NCBI GenBank assembly: GCA_963704905.1
Contig: CAVPHZ010000001.1
Span: 65,547 to 129,546 of the forward strand
Origin: Candidatus Chisholmbacteria bacterium
Lineage (GTDB): Bacteria; Patescibacteriota; Microgenomatia; UBA1400; Chisholmbacteraceae
Length of the DNA: 64,000 bases
Reading direction: 5' to 3'
Shown here: piece after piece, positions 19,546 to 28,673 of the stretch
How positions within the stretch are numbered: the stretch's first letter is position 1
Layout: the number at the start of each line of letters is the position of its first letter
Position numbers and translations under genes: made by a program
The notes under the pieces: model-generated
What the model was told of the DNA's origin: nothing
Seen by the model: the letters and a program-made list of their open reading frames with translations, nothing else
Database searches by the model: none

Positions 19546-21097
19546 GACATTATCACAACTTCTCTTAAGAGATTTTACGAAACTTTCAGAGAAAAATCTT
19601 TCTCAATATAAAAGACGTTGGGCAAAGTCCTTGGGTCATACTCCAAAGAATTCGAGTATACTCTCGACGTATTTTCGCCTCGTAGATCAAGGTGAGATCA
19701 ACCGTAATCAAAGTCTTGAAAGGCTATTTCAGGTAAAAAGCATGAGAAGTGTTTCCGGTGTAACACCTATGGCTGTGATGACTAAGGCATTTTATTGTCC
19801 CGGACAATGCACCTTCTGCCCAATTGATCTCAACCTTCCAAAAAGTTATTTGCGAGATGAGCCAGCTGCACAGAGGGCTTTGAAAGTGAACTTTAATCCG
19901 TATGAACAAGTCCGTAATCGTCTTAGACAGCTGGCATTAACTGGGCATGTAACAGATAAAGTTGAGCTGATTGTAATTGGTGGAACTTTCTCGGTGTACT
20001 CTAAAGAGTACAGGCGGTCTTTTTTTAAAGGATTGTTTGATGCGTGCAACGGCATTCAAAGCAAAACACTAAAAGCTGCTCAAAAGAAAAATGAATCCGC
20101 CAAACATCGCATTGTTGGCATTAGTATCGAGACACGGCCTGACTGGATTGATGAAAAAGAAGTTCGCCTGCTACGCGAGCTTGGAGTAACAAAACTCCAA
20201 GTTGGTGTTCAAGCTTTTGACCCTGTGATACTCAAGAAGGTGAAACGAGGACACTCTTTGAAACCTGTAGCAAATGCGACGCTGATGCTACGTAATGCTG
20301 GATTTAAGATTTGCTATCACTTCATGCCAAATCTTCCTGGGTCTAATCCAGAGAAAGATGTCGAAATGGCAAAAGTAATGTATCAGGATTCGCGGTTTAA
20401 GCCTGATTTTGTGAAAATTTATCCCACACAAGTGATACCTCGAACAGAGTTGTATGAACAATGGAAGCGAGGAGAATTCAGGACATATGATGATGAAATA
20501 ATGAAAGAAGTGCTTAAAAAGATAAAACTTATCACTCCACCTTGGGTTCGTATTGATCGGCTAGTACGAGATATCTCAAAGCAATGGGTTGCAGGAGGCA
20601 CGCTGCAGACTAATATGCGTCAGGTGATCCAACAGGAACTAGCTATGGAAGGCAAGCAATGTCAATGTATTCGATGCAGGGAGGTGAAAAGAAAGCTCTC
20701 TAACGAAACACCTCGTATGAAACGGATTACTATCGATACACTGGGTGGCACAGAAGTGTTTCTTGAGTATTCAACTGGAAAACATCTCTATTCTTTGTTG
20801 AGGATGCGACTGCCGAATGAAAAGCAAACGATGCTGTTTACTGAACTGAACGGTGCCGCGATTATTAGGGAAATCCATACCTATGGAGGTGTAGTTCCGG
20901 TTAATGAAAAACAGGATGACAGAGCTCAACATACGGGGTTTGGCAAGTCACTGCTTGAAAGAGCAGAAAGAATAGCAACAAAGAACGGTTTTAAGAAGGT
21001 TGCTGTCATTTCAGCGATTGGAACTCGTAATTATTATCGCAAGCTTGGTTATCTGCTTGAAGGTATGTATATGTTGAAACACCTTGCTAGTGATTAA
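19544..21097 (+). CDS. Elp3-family radical SAM + GNAT protein (tRNA uridine-34 carboxymethylation / acetyltransferase homolog)
   Basis: The Elp3 N-terminal signature is 'RSVSGVTPMAVMTKAFYCPGQCTFCP', with CxxxCxxC at nt 19791-19824. The C-terminal GNAT has 'QHTGFGKSLLERAERIA' (QHxGxG). Confidence 0.75.
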   Translation: MTLSQLLLRDFTKLSEKNLSQYKRRWAKSLGHTPKNSSILSTYFRLVDQGEINRNQSLERLFQVKSMRSVSGVTPMAVMTKAFYCPGQCTFCPIDLNLPKSYLRDEPAAQRALKVNFNPYEQVRNRLRQLALTGHVTDKVELIVIGGTFSVYSKEYRRSFFKGLFDACNGIQSKTLKAAQKKNESAKHRIVGISIETRPDWIDEKEVRLLRELGVTKLQVGVQAFDPVILKKVKRGHSLKPVANATLMLRNAGFKICYHFMPNLPGSNPEKDVEMAKVMYQDSRFKPDFVKIYPTQVIPRTELYEQWKRGEFRTYDDEIMKEVLKKIKLITPPWVRIDRLVRDISKQWVAGGTLQTNMRQVIQQELAMEGKQCQCIRCREVKRKLSNETPRMKRITIDTLGGTEVFLEYSTGKHLYSLLRMRLPNEKQTMLFTELNGAAIIREIHTYGGVVPVNEKQDDRAQHTGFGKSLLERAERIATKNGFKKVAVISAIGTRNYYRKLGYLLEGMYMLKHLASD

Positions 21098-21285
21098 GCG
21101 TCCTGAAGCTTGATTATGTTTGAGGAAGAATTGCATTGATGAGTAGCAATGCTAATCAAAGTGCGAAGAATACTTGACTAAAACAATATTATATTTTCTT
21201 AGCTCTGAAGACTTTAACTTGGTTCTATCAATGACAATGTAGATAAAGGTTATGAGGATAAGAAATATAAGCAGTGGGGGTGGCT

Positions 21286-21780
21286 TCATTTATTTTTTTC
21301 TAACTCTAGAAATGTGTATTTATATTTTCCGGATTTGCCTTCTTTTCTTGAAATAACTTTTGTAAAATTACTGTACTCTGGAAAAAAGATGTCGGCTTGG
21401 AAGTTGCCTTTCACAAGAGTGATGTAGAGCTTGTCAGCGATTTTGATCCCCTGTTTATAAACCATTCCACCGCCGATGATGAAGATTTTATTTTTATCGT
21501 GCTCTTTTCCCTCTTTAATTGCATCTTCAAATGAATTGACGACAATACACCCAGGTGCCTTGTAGGCAATCACGTCGGAGATGATGATGTTGGTTCTTCC
21601 TGAAAGTGGTTTTCCGATAGATTCGTAGGTATTTTTTCCCATGATGACAGGATGACCGAGTGTAATTTTCTTAAATCGTTTAAGATCTTCTGGGAGATGC
21701 CAGAGAAGTTGATTGTCTTTCCCTATCGCCAGATTTTCAGCGACAGCGGCAATCATAGAGATCGTTGGTTTTCTTTTCAT
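21286..21780 (-). CDS. folA: Dihydrofolate reductase
   Basis: 'ISMIAAVAENLAIGKDNQLLWHLPEDLKRFKKITLGHPVIMGKNTYESIG' matches DHFR almost position for position. It is downstream of thyA. Confidence 0.85.
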   Translation of the reverse strand: MKRKPTISMIAAVAENLAIGKDNQLLWHLPEDLKRFKKITLGHPVIMGKNTYESIGKPLSGRTNIIISDVIAYKAPGCIVVNSFEDAIKEGKEHDKNKIFIIGGGMVYKQGIKIADKLYITLVKGNFQADIFFPEYSNFTKVISRKEGKSGKYKYTFLELEKNK

Positions 21781-21824
21781 CAGCGTATCAATACCTCACC
21801 ACATCACAAACTAAGAAGGTCTTT

Positions 21825-22805
21825 TTACACTTTATCACGCCCAAATCCTCCGATGACAGCGATGGGAGCTTTGATAGATGGGTGAGGTTTGTATCCCTCT
21901 ACCGTGAAGTCTGCGAATTTGAAGTCGTCGATATCTTTGACTTTGGAATTTATTTTCATTGTAGGAAATGGTTGTGGTTTCCTCTTCAGTTGTTCTCTTA
22001 CTTGCTCAACGTGGTTTTCATAGATGTGCACATCTCCAAACGTGTGAACAAAATCGCCTGGTTCATATCCTGCTACATGGGCAAGCATCATAGTAAGCAG
22101 TGCATAGCTGGCAATGTTAAATGGCACGCCTAAGAAAATATCGGCACTACGTTGATAGAGTTGTAGAGAGAGTTTGTTCGTTTCGACATTGATGATGACA
22201 TGAAAAAATGTATGACAAGGCACAATCGACATCGAAGTCTTGGCTGAGGCGGCCATCTCATAAGTGAATTCTGGATTCCAAGCTGAGATGACATAATGTT
22301 TTTTGTGTGGTTTTTTCTTCATCTTATCGAGCATCCAACGTATTTGGTCGACCTCCCTACCATCTGAACATTTCCAATGTCGCCATTGAACGCCATAAAT
22401 CGGGCCAAGATCATCCCATTTTTTCTTGAACTTCTTATCTGTTTTTAACTTAGAAAAGAATTGTTCCAGAGTAAGTTTGGGTGCTTTTCCCTCTTCCATA
22501 GCCAGCTTGTATGGCTTATACGCCCAATCATCCCAAAAGTGGACATCATTATCCATTAAATACTCTATTGAGTCACACTCTCCGGATAAGAACCAGAGCA
22601 GTTCATGGATAATCCCTCTGATAAAGACTTTTTTGGTTGTCAGTAGTGGAAATCCTTGTGAAAGATCAAAGCGAATTTGTCTACCAAAAACACTTTTTAA
22701 TTTAATTCCCGTACTATGGCTGACTTTAATGACCCCATTATCAAGAATGTCTTGCAGAAGTTCTAAATACTGATATTCCGGATGTCGATTTTTTACATTT
22801 GCCAT
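21825..22805 (-). CDS. thyA: Thymidylate synthase (ThyA, long form about 326 aa)
   Basis: 'RFDLSQGFPLLTTKKV', 'IHELLWFLSG' and 'GPIYGVQWRHW' are present, with the active-site Cys region 'MSIVPCHTFF'. Confidence 0.9.
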   Translation of the reverse strand: MANVKNRHPEYQYLELLQDILDNGVIKVSHSTGIKLKSVFGRQIRFDLSQGFPLLTTKKVFIRGIIHELLWFLSGECDSIEYLMDNDVHFWDDWAYKPYKLAMEEGKAPKLTLEQFFSKLKTDKKFKKKWDDLGPIYGVQWRHWKCSDGREVDQIRWMLDKMKKKPHKKHYVISAWNPEFTYEMAASAKTSMSIVPCHTFFHVIINVETNKLSLQLYQRSADIFLGVPFNIASYALLTMMLAHVAGYEPGDFVHTFGDVHIYENHVEQVREQLKRKPQPFPTMKINSKVKDIDDFKFADFTVEGYKPHPSIKAPIAVIGGFGRDKV

Positions 22806-22907
22806 ACTCCTCCTTTAATTTAACTTTCTTGTCAAAGACAATAACATCTGTCATTGTAAAGAGCGTAATCTGTATAGTAAAGAACGATTTTAATAGATAG
22901 ACCAAAT

Positions 22908-23759
22908 ATGAATGTCGTCATTTTAGGGCATGTGTGTATTGACCAGAATGTGACAGAACATGCTGAGTACGTATCTGCTGGTAGTCCGGCGATGTTTATG
23001 ACGAAGATTTTTAGAAAGTTTCCTGAAGTTAAGTCGAGAATTGTTTCTACATATGGGCCAGATTTTCTTACCTATCTGGATAGTGTTGAAATTCACCCGA
23101 AACATCCAAATTGCAATACAACATTGATTTATAAGAATCTGGTTTCAAAGCGTGGTCGTATTCAAAAAGCTATGAATCGAGGTTGTGCTGTACCAGTACC
23201 GATTAACAATCGACTAGGCTTACATCTTTAATCAGCTCAGGTTGCTATTTTTGCACCATTACTTGCTAATTATTCTCCCAGATATGTAAGGCAAGTGGTA
23301 AGACATCTGTCTGATACTACCGTAAAAGTGTTGCTCCCCCAAGGATACTTTCGCCGATTTGATCGAAATAATCAGGTTATTGTTCGTGATTTTAGAGAAG
23401 AAAATAAGATTTTGCCAATGATGGACTTTGTAATTCTTTCTGATGAGGACCATCCAAGATTCCTATCCATCGCAAAAAGATGGTCTGTTACTTATAATCT
23501 TTCTGCAATAGCTACAAAAGGAGAGAAGGGAGCGCAGATATTTACACGCGGCACTTCGGTATTGGTCAAAACACAATCAATTCCAAAACATGAGGTTGTA
23601 GATTCAGTTGGAGCTGGAGATGTTTTTAGTGCAAGCTTCATTTAGTACTATCAAAAGTCTGGGCGACTTCAACATGCAGTTCGCACCGCAAATTCCGTTG
23701 CGAGGCAGTCACTTTTCTTCACTCCCCTTGAGATTTCTTCCATGAATCTTGGTCTCTAG
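22908..23759 (+). pseudogene. PfkB-family carbohydrate kinase, disrupted (in-frame TAA at 23229-23231 plus frameshift near 23645)
   Basis: The N-terminal part (22908-23231) and middle part (to 23645, '...DSVGAGDVFSASFI') lie in one frame separated by a stop. The C-terminal part continues in another frame ('YYQKSGRLQHAVRTANSVARQSL...') to about 23759. GAGD is the PfkB signature. Confidence 0.5.
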
Positions 23760-23811
23760 CAGTACTAAAACTAAACTCTTTGTTTATTGGAGAGACACGG
23801 CATACGCGTAG

Positions 23812-24189
23812 TTAGCTGTTGAGTTGTTTCTTCACTCGTTTTACAACGTCTTTAAGTGACATATCTGATTTGACGATATACTCATCTGCACCTAGTTGCT
23901 TTGCTCTGTTAATCTCCTCTTCCCTACTTAAATTTGATATGACGATGACTTTGGTTTTTGGGTGCTCCAGATGAATGATATTTAAGACATCATAACCGCC
24001 CAACCCTGGCATGAGAATATCCAATAGTATAAGATCAAACGATTGTTTTTCTAAGGTTTTGAGTGCCTGCACACCATCAGAAGCAACTTGCGCCTTCACC
24101 CCCTCATTGTTAAGTAATTCATTTAATGCGCTTGCAATCGGTTTTTCGTCTTCGACTATTAATACACGTTTCTTATGTTTCATTATCAA
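23812..24189 (-). CDS. Stand-alone response-regulator receiver (CheY-like) protein
   Basis: 'VLIVEDE', 'DLILLDILMPG' and 'VIVISN...K'. No output domain. Confidence 0.8.
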   Translation of the reverse strand: MIMKHKKRVLIVEDEKPIASALNELLNNEGVKAQVASDGVQALKTLEKQSFDLILLDILMPGLGGYDVLNIIHLEHPKTKVIVISNLSREEEINRAKQLGADEYIVKSDMSLKDVVKRVKKQLNS

Positions 24190-24598
24190 TCTCCTCTTTA
24201 ATGTTGGATGTATCTTGTTTTGATTGTAATAATATTTTTACCTCCTCTACTATCTGATCAAGGCTATAGTTTGATTTTATGAAGTATTTTGATATTCCAA
24301 TGTCAGAATAAGACAACACTCTTCCTGACCAGCCAACGTTTGAAACAACAATTATCGGAATATCTTTAAACTGCTCCTGTTTCTTGATCCGAGTGATGAG
24401 TTCCGCTCCTGTTAGATCTCCAGGAAGATAGTGATCGAGCCAAAATAAATCAATTCTTGGCGCATTTTGAAGCATTAGGAGTGCACCTTCAGCGGTTTTT
24501 GAAGTGAGAACCTTATATCCCTTCTCTCCAAGTTTATCTTGAATAGCATCAAGAAGCGTTTTATCGTCCTCGACGACACAGATCGTAAAGTTATTCAT
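24173..24598 (-). CDS. Stand-alone response-regulator receiver protein
   Basis: 'ICVVEDD', 'DLFWLDHYLPG', 'IIVVSN'. It overlaps both neighbouring genes, indicating an operon. Confidence 0.8.
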   Translation of the reverse strand: MNNFTICVVEDDKTLLDAIQDKLGEKGYKVLTSKTAEGALLMLQNAPRIDLFWLDHYLPGDLTGAELITRIKKQEQFKDIPIIVVSNVGWSGRVLSYSDIGISKYFIKSNYSLDQIVEEVKILLQSKQDTSNIKEEIDNET

Positions 24599-24601
24599 TG
24601 T

Positions 24602-26536
24602 TTACTCCAATTTTTTCTTACCTGCTTTTTTATTCATTCCTTTTGTAGGTATAGTCAGGGTAAATATTGTTCCTTTATTTTCCACAGAGGAAAACCAAAT
24701 TTCTCCTCCAATGTGATCTAGAATCGATTTTACTATATATAATCCTAAGCCTGTACCTGATGTATCTTTTTTCCGTACGTTATCGGCTCTGTATAGTTTT
24801 GAAAATATCTGGTTTTGTTGATCTTTTGGAATTCCATACCCCGTATCTTCTATGATAATTGCTATACTATCTTCCTTCGTTTTGTGATGATCTATTTCAT
24901 GGCCTTTTCTGATCTGCTTGGTAGTTATTGAGACTATTCCTTGTTGAGGCGTATATTTCACAGCATTTGATATGAGATTTTGCAAAATCATCCGAGTTAA
25001 TTTCGGATCCAATGGAATCTTTTTGGTTTTTTCGTACTTCTTTACTAGCTTTATTTTCTTCTCTTTAATTTGCGGTTTTAATTCTTGAGTGATGGAATCT
25101 ATGAGTTCGGTAATTTCAATATTTTCTGGCTCGACTGAAAATGTTCCTAACTCTAATCTTGAGACATTGAGGAGTGCGTTCACTAGATCAATCATTCGCA
25201 GGTTTGACTTGTAAATTTCTTCGATTCTTTCTTTCTGTTTTGTTGTAAGATTTTGTTTATTTGCAAGAAGCATTTCAGAATACCAACGTATGGTTGAAAG
25301 AGGTGTTCGAAGTTGGTGGCTTGCCAGAGAAACAAATTCTGACTTTGCCTTATCTATCGCCCTTTCTCTTGAGATATCCCTAAAGATAATTGCTGTTCCA
25401 ATAGTTTTTCCGTGTAATTGAACTGGTGAGACGGTAATAGCAACTGGAAATGTGACTCCGTTATTCTTTCTCAGTGACAGATTACCAACCCTAATTGTCT
25501 TGCCATTTCTTAATACTTGATTAATTGGTAAATTTTCATTTTGAATTCCTTGTCCGTTTTTATCAATGACTGCATCTTTTCCTAAGAAGTCTGGCCAGAC
25601 TTGACCAATGGGTTGATCGTTTAGATCTAACATTTGTCTAGCCGATTCGTTCATGAGGACTATTTTTCTCTGCTCATCCGCTACAACCAGACCGTCGCCC
25701 ATACTTTTTAATATTGCCTCATCTTTGGCTTTTGCTTGTGCAAGCTGTGACGTACGCTCACGAACTTTATGCTCAAGACCTTCGTATAAACTCTTTAACT
25801 CTTCTGTCATTGTGTTAAAAGCTCTTGCTAATTCACCAATCTCGTCTTTTGATTTTGCATCGTCGAGTCTAATGGTGAGATTTCCGTGAGCAATTTCTTT
25901 CGTAGTTTCCACAACACTTGTTAATCTCCTACTAATCCCTCTCATGAGGATTAAGAAATTTCCTATCATCACAAGCGCTAAAAATGTCATCCCTCCGAGA
26001 GCTATGAATCCTCTAGTTTGCGTGGTGGCAACTACTTCTTGGCTTTCAAGCCTATCGAGTTCGAGCGCATTTGCCACAATAAGCTCTGCTCGTATGAATA
26101 GTTTCTCAAAGGATTGATATGTTGTAATGTTTCCACTATTTTTATCCTCTTCAGTTTCTTGATTAACATCTTGAACTAACTCATCAAAGGCAATTTCCAT
26201 TCCAGTGATGTCTTCATGTATCTGGGAAGCTATTTCATTTGTAGATCTTGATTGTAATGCTAGGGAGGACATTTTCTGTTGAATTTGTTTGAGATTTTCT
26301 TTCCACTGTTCTTGTATTTGCTCGTCTGGTTCGATGAGATAATTTGTCGTTTGTACATTTAATGAGATTGTTTCCTTCATTACCTGATTAATTATTGCTC
26401 GCTGCTGTTCAATACGCGCTATTCGCTGTGCGAATGCGTAAAATGATACGAATACTATTGATGCAACAACGAGAGAAATCAGGAAGCTCAGTGTAATTTT
26501 TGTTTTTATTGTCATTATGGCAGTATGAGGTAGCAA
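24602..26536 (-). CDS. Membrane sensor histidine kinase (TM-HAMP-PAS-HisKA-HATPase_c)
   Basis: H-box 'ASHQLRTPL'; N/G boxes 'SNAVKYT', 'DTGYGI', 'GTGLGL'. The N-terminus has a TM pair and a HAMP-like segment. Confidence 0.85.
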   Translation of the reverse strand: MLPHTAIMTIKTKITLSFLISLVVASIVFVSFYAFAQRIARIEQQRAIINQVMKETISLNVQTTNYLIEPDEQIQEQWKENLKQIQQKMSSLALQSRSTNEIASQIHEDITGMEIAFDELVQDVNQETEEDKNSGNITTYQSFEKLFIRAELIVANALELDRLESQEVVATTQTRGFIALGGMTFLALVMIGNFLILMRGISRRLTSVVETTKEIAHGNLTIRLDDAKSKDEIGELARAFNTMTEELKSLYEGLEHKVRERTSQLAQAKAKDEAILKSMGDGLVVADEQRKIVLMNESARQMLDLNDQPIGQVWPDFLGKDAVIDKNGQGIQNENLPINQVLRNGKTIRVGNLSLRKNNGVTFPVAITVSPVQLHGKTIGTAIIFRDISRERAIDKAKSEFVSLASHQLRTPLSTIRWYSEMLLANKQNLTTKQKERIEEIYKSNLRMIDLVNALLNVSRLELGTFSVEPENIEITELIDSITQELKPQIKEKKIKLVKKYEKTKKIPLDPKLTRMILQNLISNAVKYTPQQGIVSITTKQIRKGHEIDHHKTKEDSIAIIIEDTGYGIPKDQQNQIFSKLYRADNVRKKDTSGTGLGLYIVKSILDHIGGEIWFSSVENKGTIFTLTIPTKGMNKKAGKKKLE

Positions 26537-26945
26537 CCAATTTCAACCTAATAATCGTCTAAAGATCGTTGTTATACCATTATTTCCTATTCTTCAAGTA
26601 GCGTCAATTTTGTGAATCATTTGTTGTAGTGATGAAGGTGGAATAACTTGGATTTGTATCAAGTAAATTTAGATTTCTTCTGTGTGATGTTCCTCATTGT
26701 TGGCCGATGTAGTCTGTGTTGAATCTGAAGAGTCTATGACCAACAATACAACTCCAGAGACAATGACCATCCCCAGCAAAATGTGTTCATATGTGGCAAA
26801 AAATGAATTTCAATTCATATCCATTGCAAAAGCAGAATTCAAATAAATTATTTAGGCAGGAGCACATAACAGTACGAGCCGTTATATTTAGTTATACTTT
26901 CCTTATAACTTGCAATTCTGTTTCGATTCATATACTATAGGCACC

Positions 26946-27638
26946 ATGCAAAAAGGATTTAGTGTGGTTCTTATCATTGTTGTATTGCTTGCTCTTGTTG
27001 GTGGTGCATACTACTTTATGCAATCAAATTCTTCCCAAGAAACTACAAATAGTACATCGTCTGCGGATTCTTCTGATGAGATGAGTCAGACAGAAAAACA
27101 GATGACAGGAAATGACACAGAAAGTTTTATTGGATCATTTACAGATTTGTTAAAACTTGGAAGAAATATTACGTGTACTTTTGATACACGTGATGATTCA
27201 GGAAATGAGACGAAAGGAACTGTGTACATCTCCGGAGAAAAAATGCGAGGAACTTTTCAACTATCACAAGTTGATGGAACTCAAATGGATGCCGATGTTC
27301 TCCAAGATGGAGAATACAATTATTTTTGGAGCCCGCAACAACCACAAGGTACGAAATTAAAAATTGCTGAGCTTGAGAACGATGAAGTTGACACTCCGGA
27401 TAAGAAATCCCCTGCAGATTTCAGTGATGACGAGTTTGACTATTCTTGTCAACCCTGGGTCGTAAATTCTTCAATATTTACTCCTCCCTCAACCGTTCAG
27501 TTTGTAGATATCACCTCCAATGTCCAACAAATAGATGATGTGATGCAACAGGCTGGTGAGGATAAATGTGCAGTGTGTAACCAGGCTCCAGCAGGTACTG
27601 CACGGGAGCAATGTTTGCAAGCTCTCGGTTGTAATTAA
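26946..27638 (+). CDS. Secreted acidic Cys-containing hypothetical protein
   Basis: It has a signal or TM segment 'FSVVLIIVVLLALVGG', a Ser/Thr-rich linker and 8 Cys (for example 'CAVCNQ...CLQALGCN'). No family recognised. Confidence 0.4.
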   Translation: MQKGFSVVLIIVVLLALVGGAYYFMQSNSSQETTNSTSSADSSDEMSQTEKQMTGNDTESFIGSFTDLLKLGRNITCTFDTRDDSGNETKGTVYISGEKMRGTFQLSQVDGTQMDADVLQDGEYNYFWSPQQPQGTKLKIAELENDEVDTPDKKSPADFSDDEFDYSCQPWVVNSSIFTPPSTVQFVDITSNVQQIDDVMQQAGEDKCAVCNQAPAGTAREQCLQALGCN

Positions 27639-27725
27639 CTTCTTTTTCCATATAGTTTGACACATATATTTCTAGTTGACAGTGTAATTCATAAACTATT
27701 AGTATGAGCTATAGTTTTTATTTAA

Positions 27726-28580
27726 ATGAAAAAGAAACTGCTCATTTTTAGCCTTTCAGGATTAATTCTTTCACTTCTAGGTTTCTTCGTTTTACGAACA
27801 CCATCAAAAGTTTTTTCTGTTTTCGCCGATCATATTGTCTTTTCTGAGATCCAACTTGCAGGCGGAAGTTTTACTGATGAGTTTATTGAACTTTATAATC
27901 CAACTGATTCTGTAATTGATCTTTCTGGATGGAGATTGACTCGGAAAACATCTGGGGGGAGTGAATCTAATCTCATATCAAGCTTATCAGATTCTATATC
28001 CCCAAAGAGTTATTTTCTCATTGGTCATTCCGATTATGACGGTTCTGTGGCACTTGATGCTACGTATTCAGCATCTACTAATTCAATAGCAGTAAATAAC
28101 ACCATTCTTCTATACAGTGATGCAGGGTCTACTCTTGTAGACAAGATCGGATTGGGAACAGCTTCAGACTATGAAGCCTCAGCATCTGCAAATCCGAGTT
28201 CGGATGGAAGTTTAGAGCGAAAAGCATTTGCTTCATCGACAACTGATTCAATGGGTTCAGGTGGTCTTGATGAAATGGAAGGAAATGGAGAGGATACTGA
28301 TAACAACTACAATGATTATGTTTTACAAACTGAGAGTAACCCTCAAAACTCAAGTTCTGCTGTAGAGCCAGTTGCGACACCTTCACCGACGCCTACAGTA
28401 ACTCCATCGCCGACACCAACAATTTCTCCTACACCTTCACCAACCCCTCCGCCGTCCCCTTGGAGAGGGTTTAGAGCACACTTTCTACGGACTGTGCTTT
28501 CTTGTGAATATGAGATGAGATCGGTGATACTAGTAGGTCGAGTTTTCTATTTTCCAAAGCTCGTTTGCGAACGAATATAG
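27726..28580 (+). CDS. Lamin-tail-domain (LTD) surface protein with Pro/Thr-rich linker
   Basis: It has a signal peptide. 'IVFSEIQLAGGSFTDEFIELYNPTDSVIDLSGWRL...YFLIG' is the LTD signature. A 'PSPTPTVTPSPTPTISPTPSPTPPPSP' linker follows. The C-terminal 40 aa look atypical, which may reflect a frameshift. Confidence 0.6.
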   Translation: MKKKLLIFSLSGLILSLLGFFVLRTPSKVFSVFADHIVFSEIQLAGGSFTDEFIELYNPTDSVIDLSGWRLTRKTSGGSESNLISSLSDSISPKSYFLIGHSDYDGSVALDATYSASTNSIAVNNTILLYSDAGSTLVDKIGLGTASDYEASASANPSSDGSLERKAFASSTTDSMGSGGLDEMEGNGEDTDNNYNDYVLQTESNPQNSSSAVEPVATPSPTPTVTPSPTPTISPTPSPTPPPSPWRGFRAHFLRTVLSCEYEMRSVILVGRVFYFPKLVCERI

Positions 28581-28673
28581 CCTTAATTTAGTTTTAAGTG
28601 TTTTCTTCTCGGTTCTTGCTTGTTGGTTCTTCTCCGTGGTAGTTTTGTAAGAGTATGTTCATTAATCACATTT

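Noticed and set aside
21825-22805. ThyA being about 60 aa longer than E. coli ThyA as a possible fusion
   Set aside because: The length matches the known long ThyA subclass (Bacillus/Lactobacillus-type, about 316-320 aa). All core motifs are in the expected order with no extra domain.
28380-28460. Short nucleotide repeats (ccgacgcct / ccaacacct-like units)
   Set aside because: These encode the Pro/Thr-rich linker of the LTD protein. They are low-complexity coding sequence, not a repeat element.
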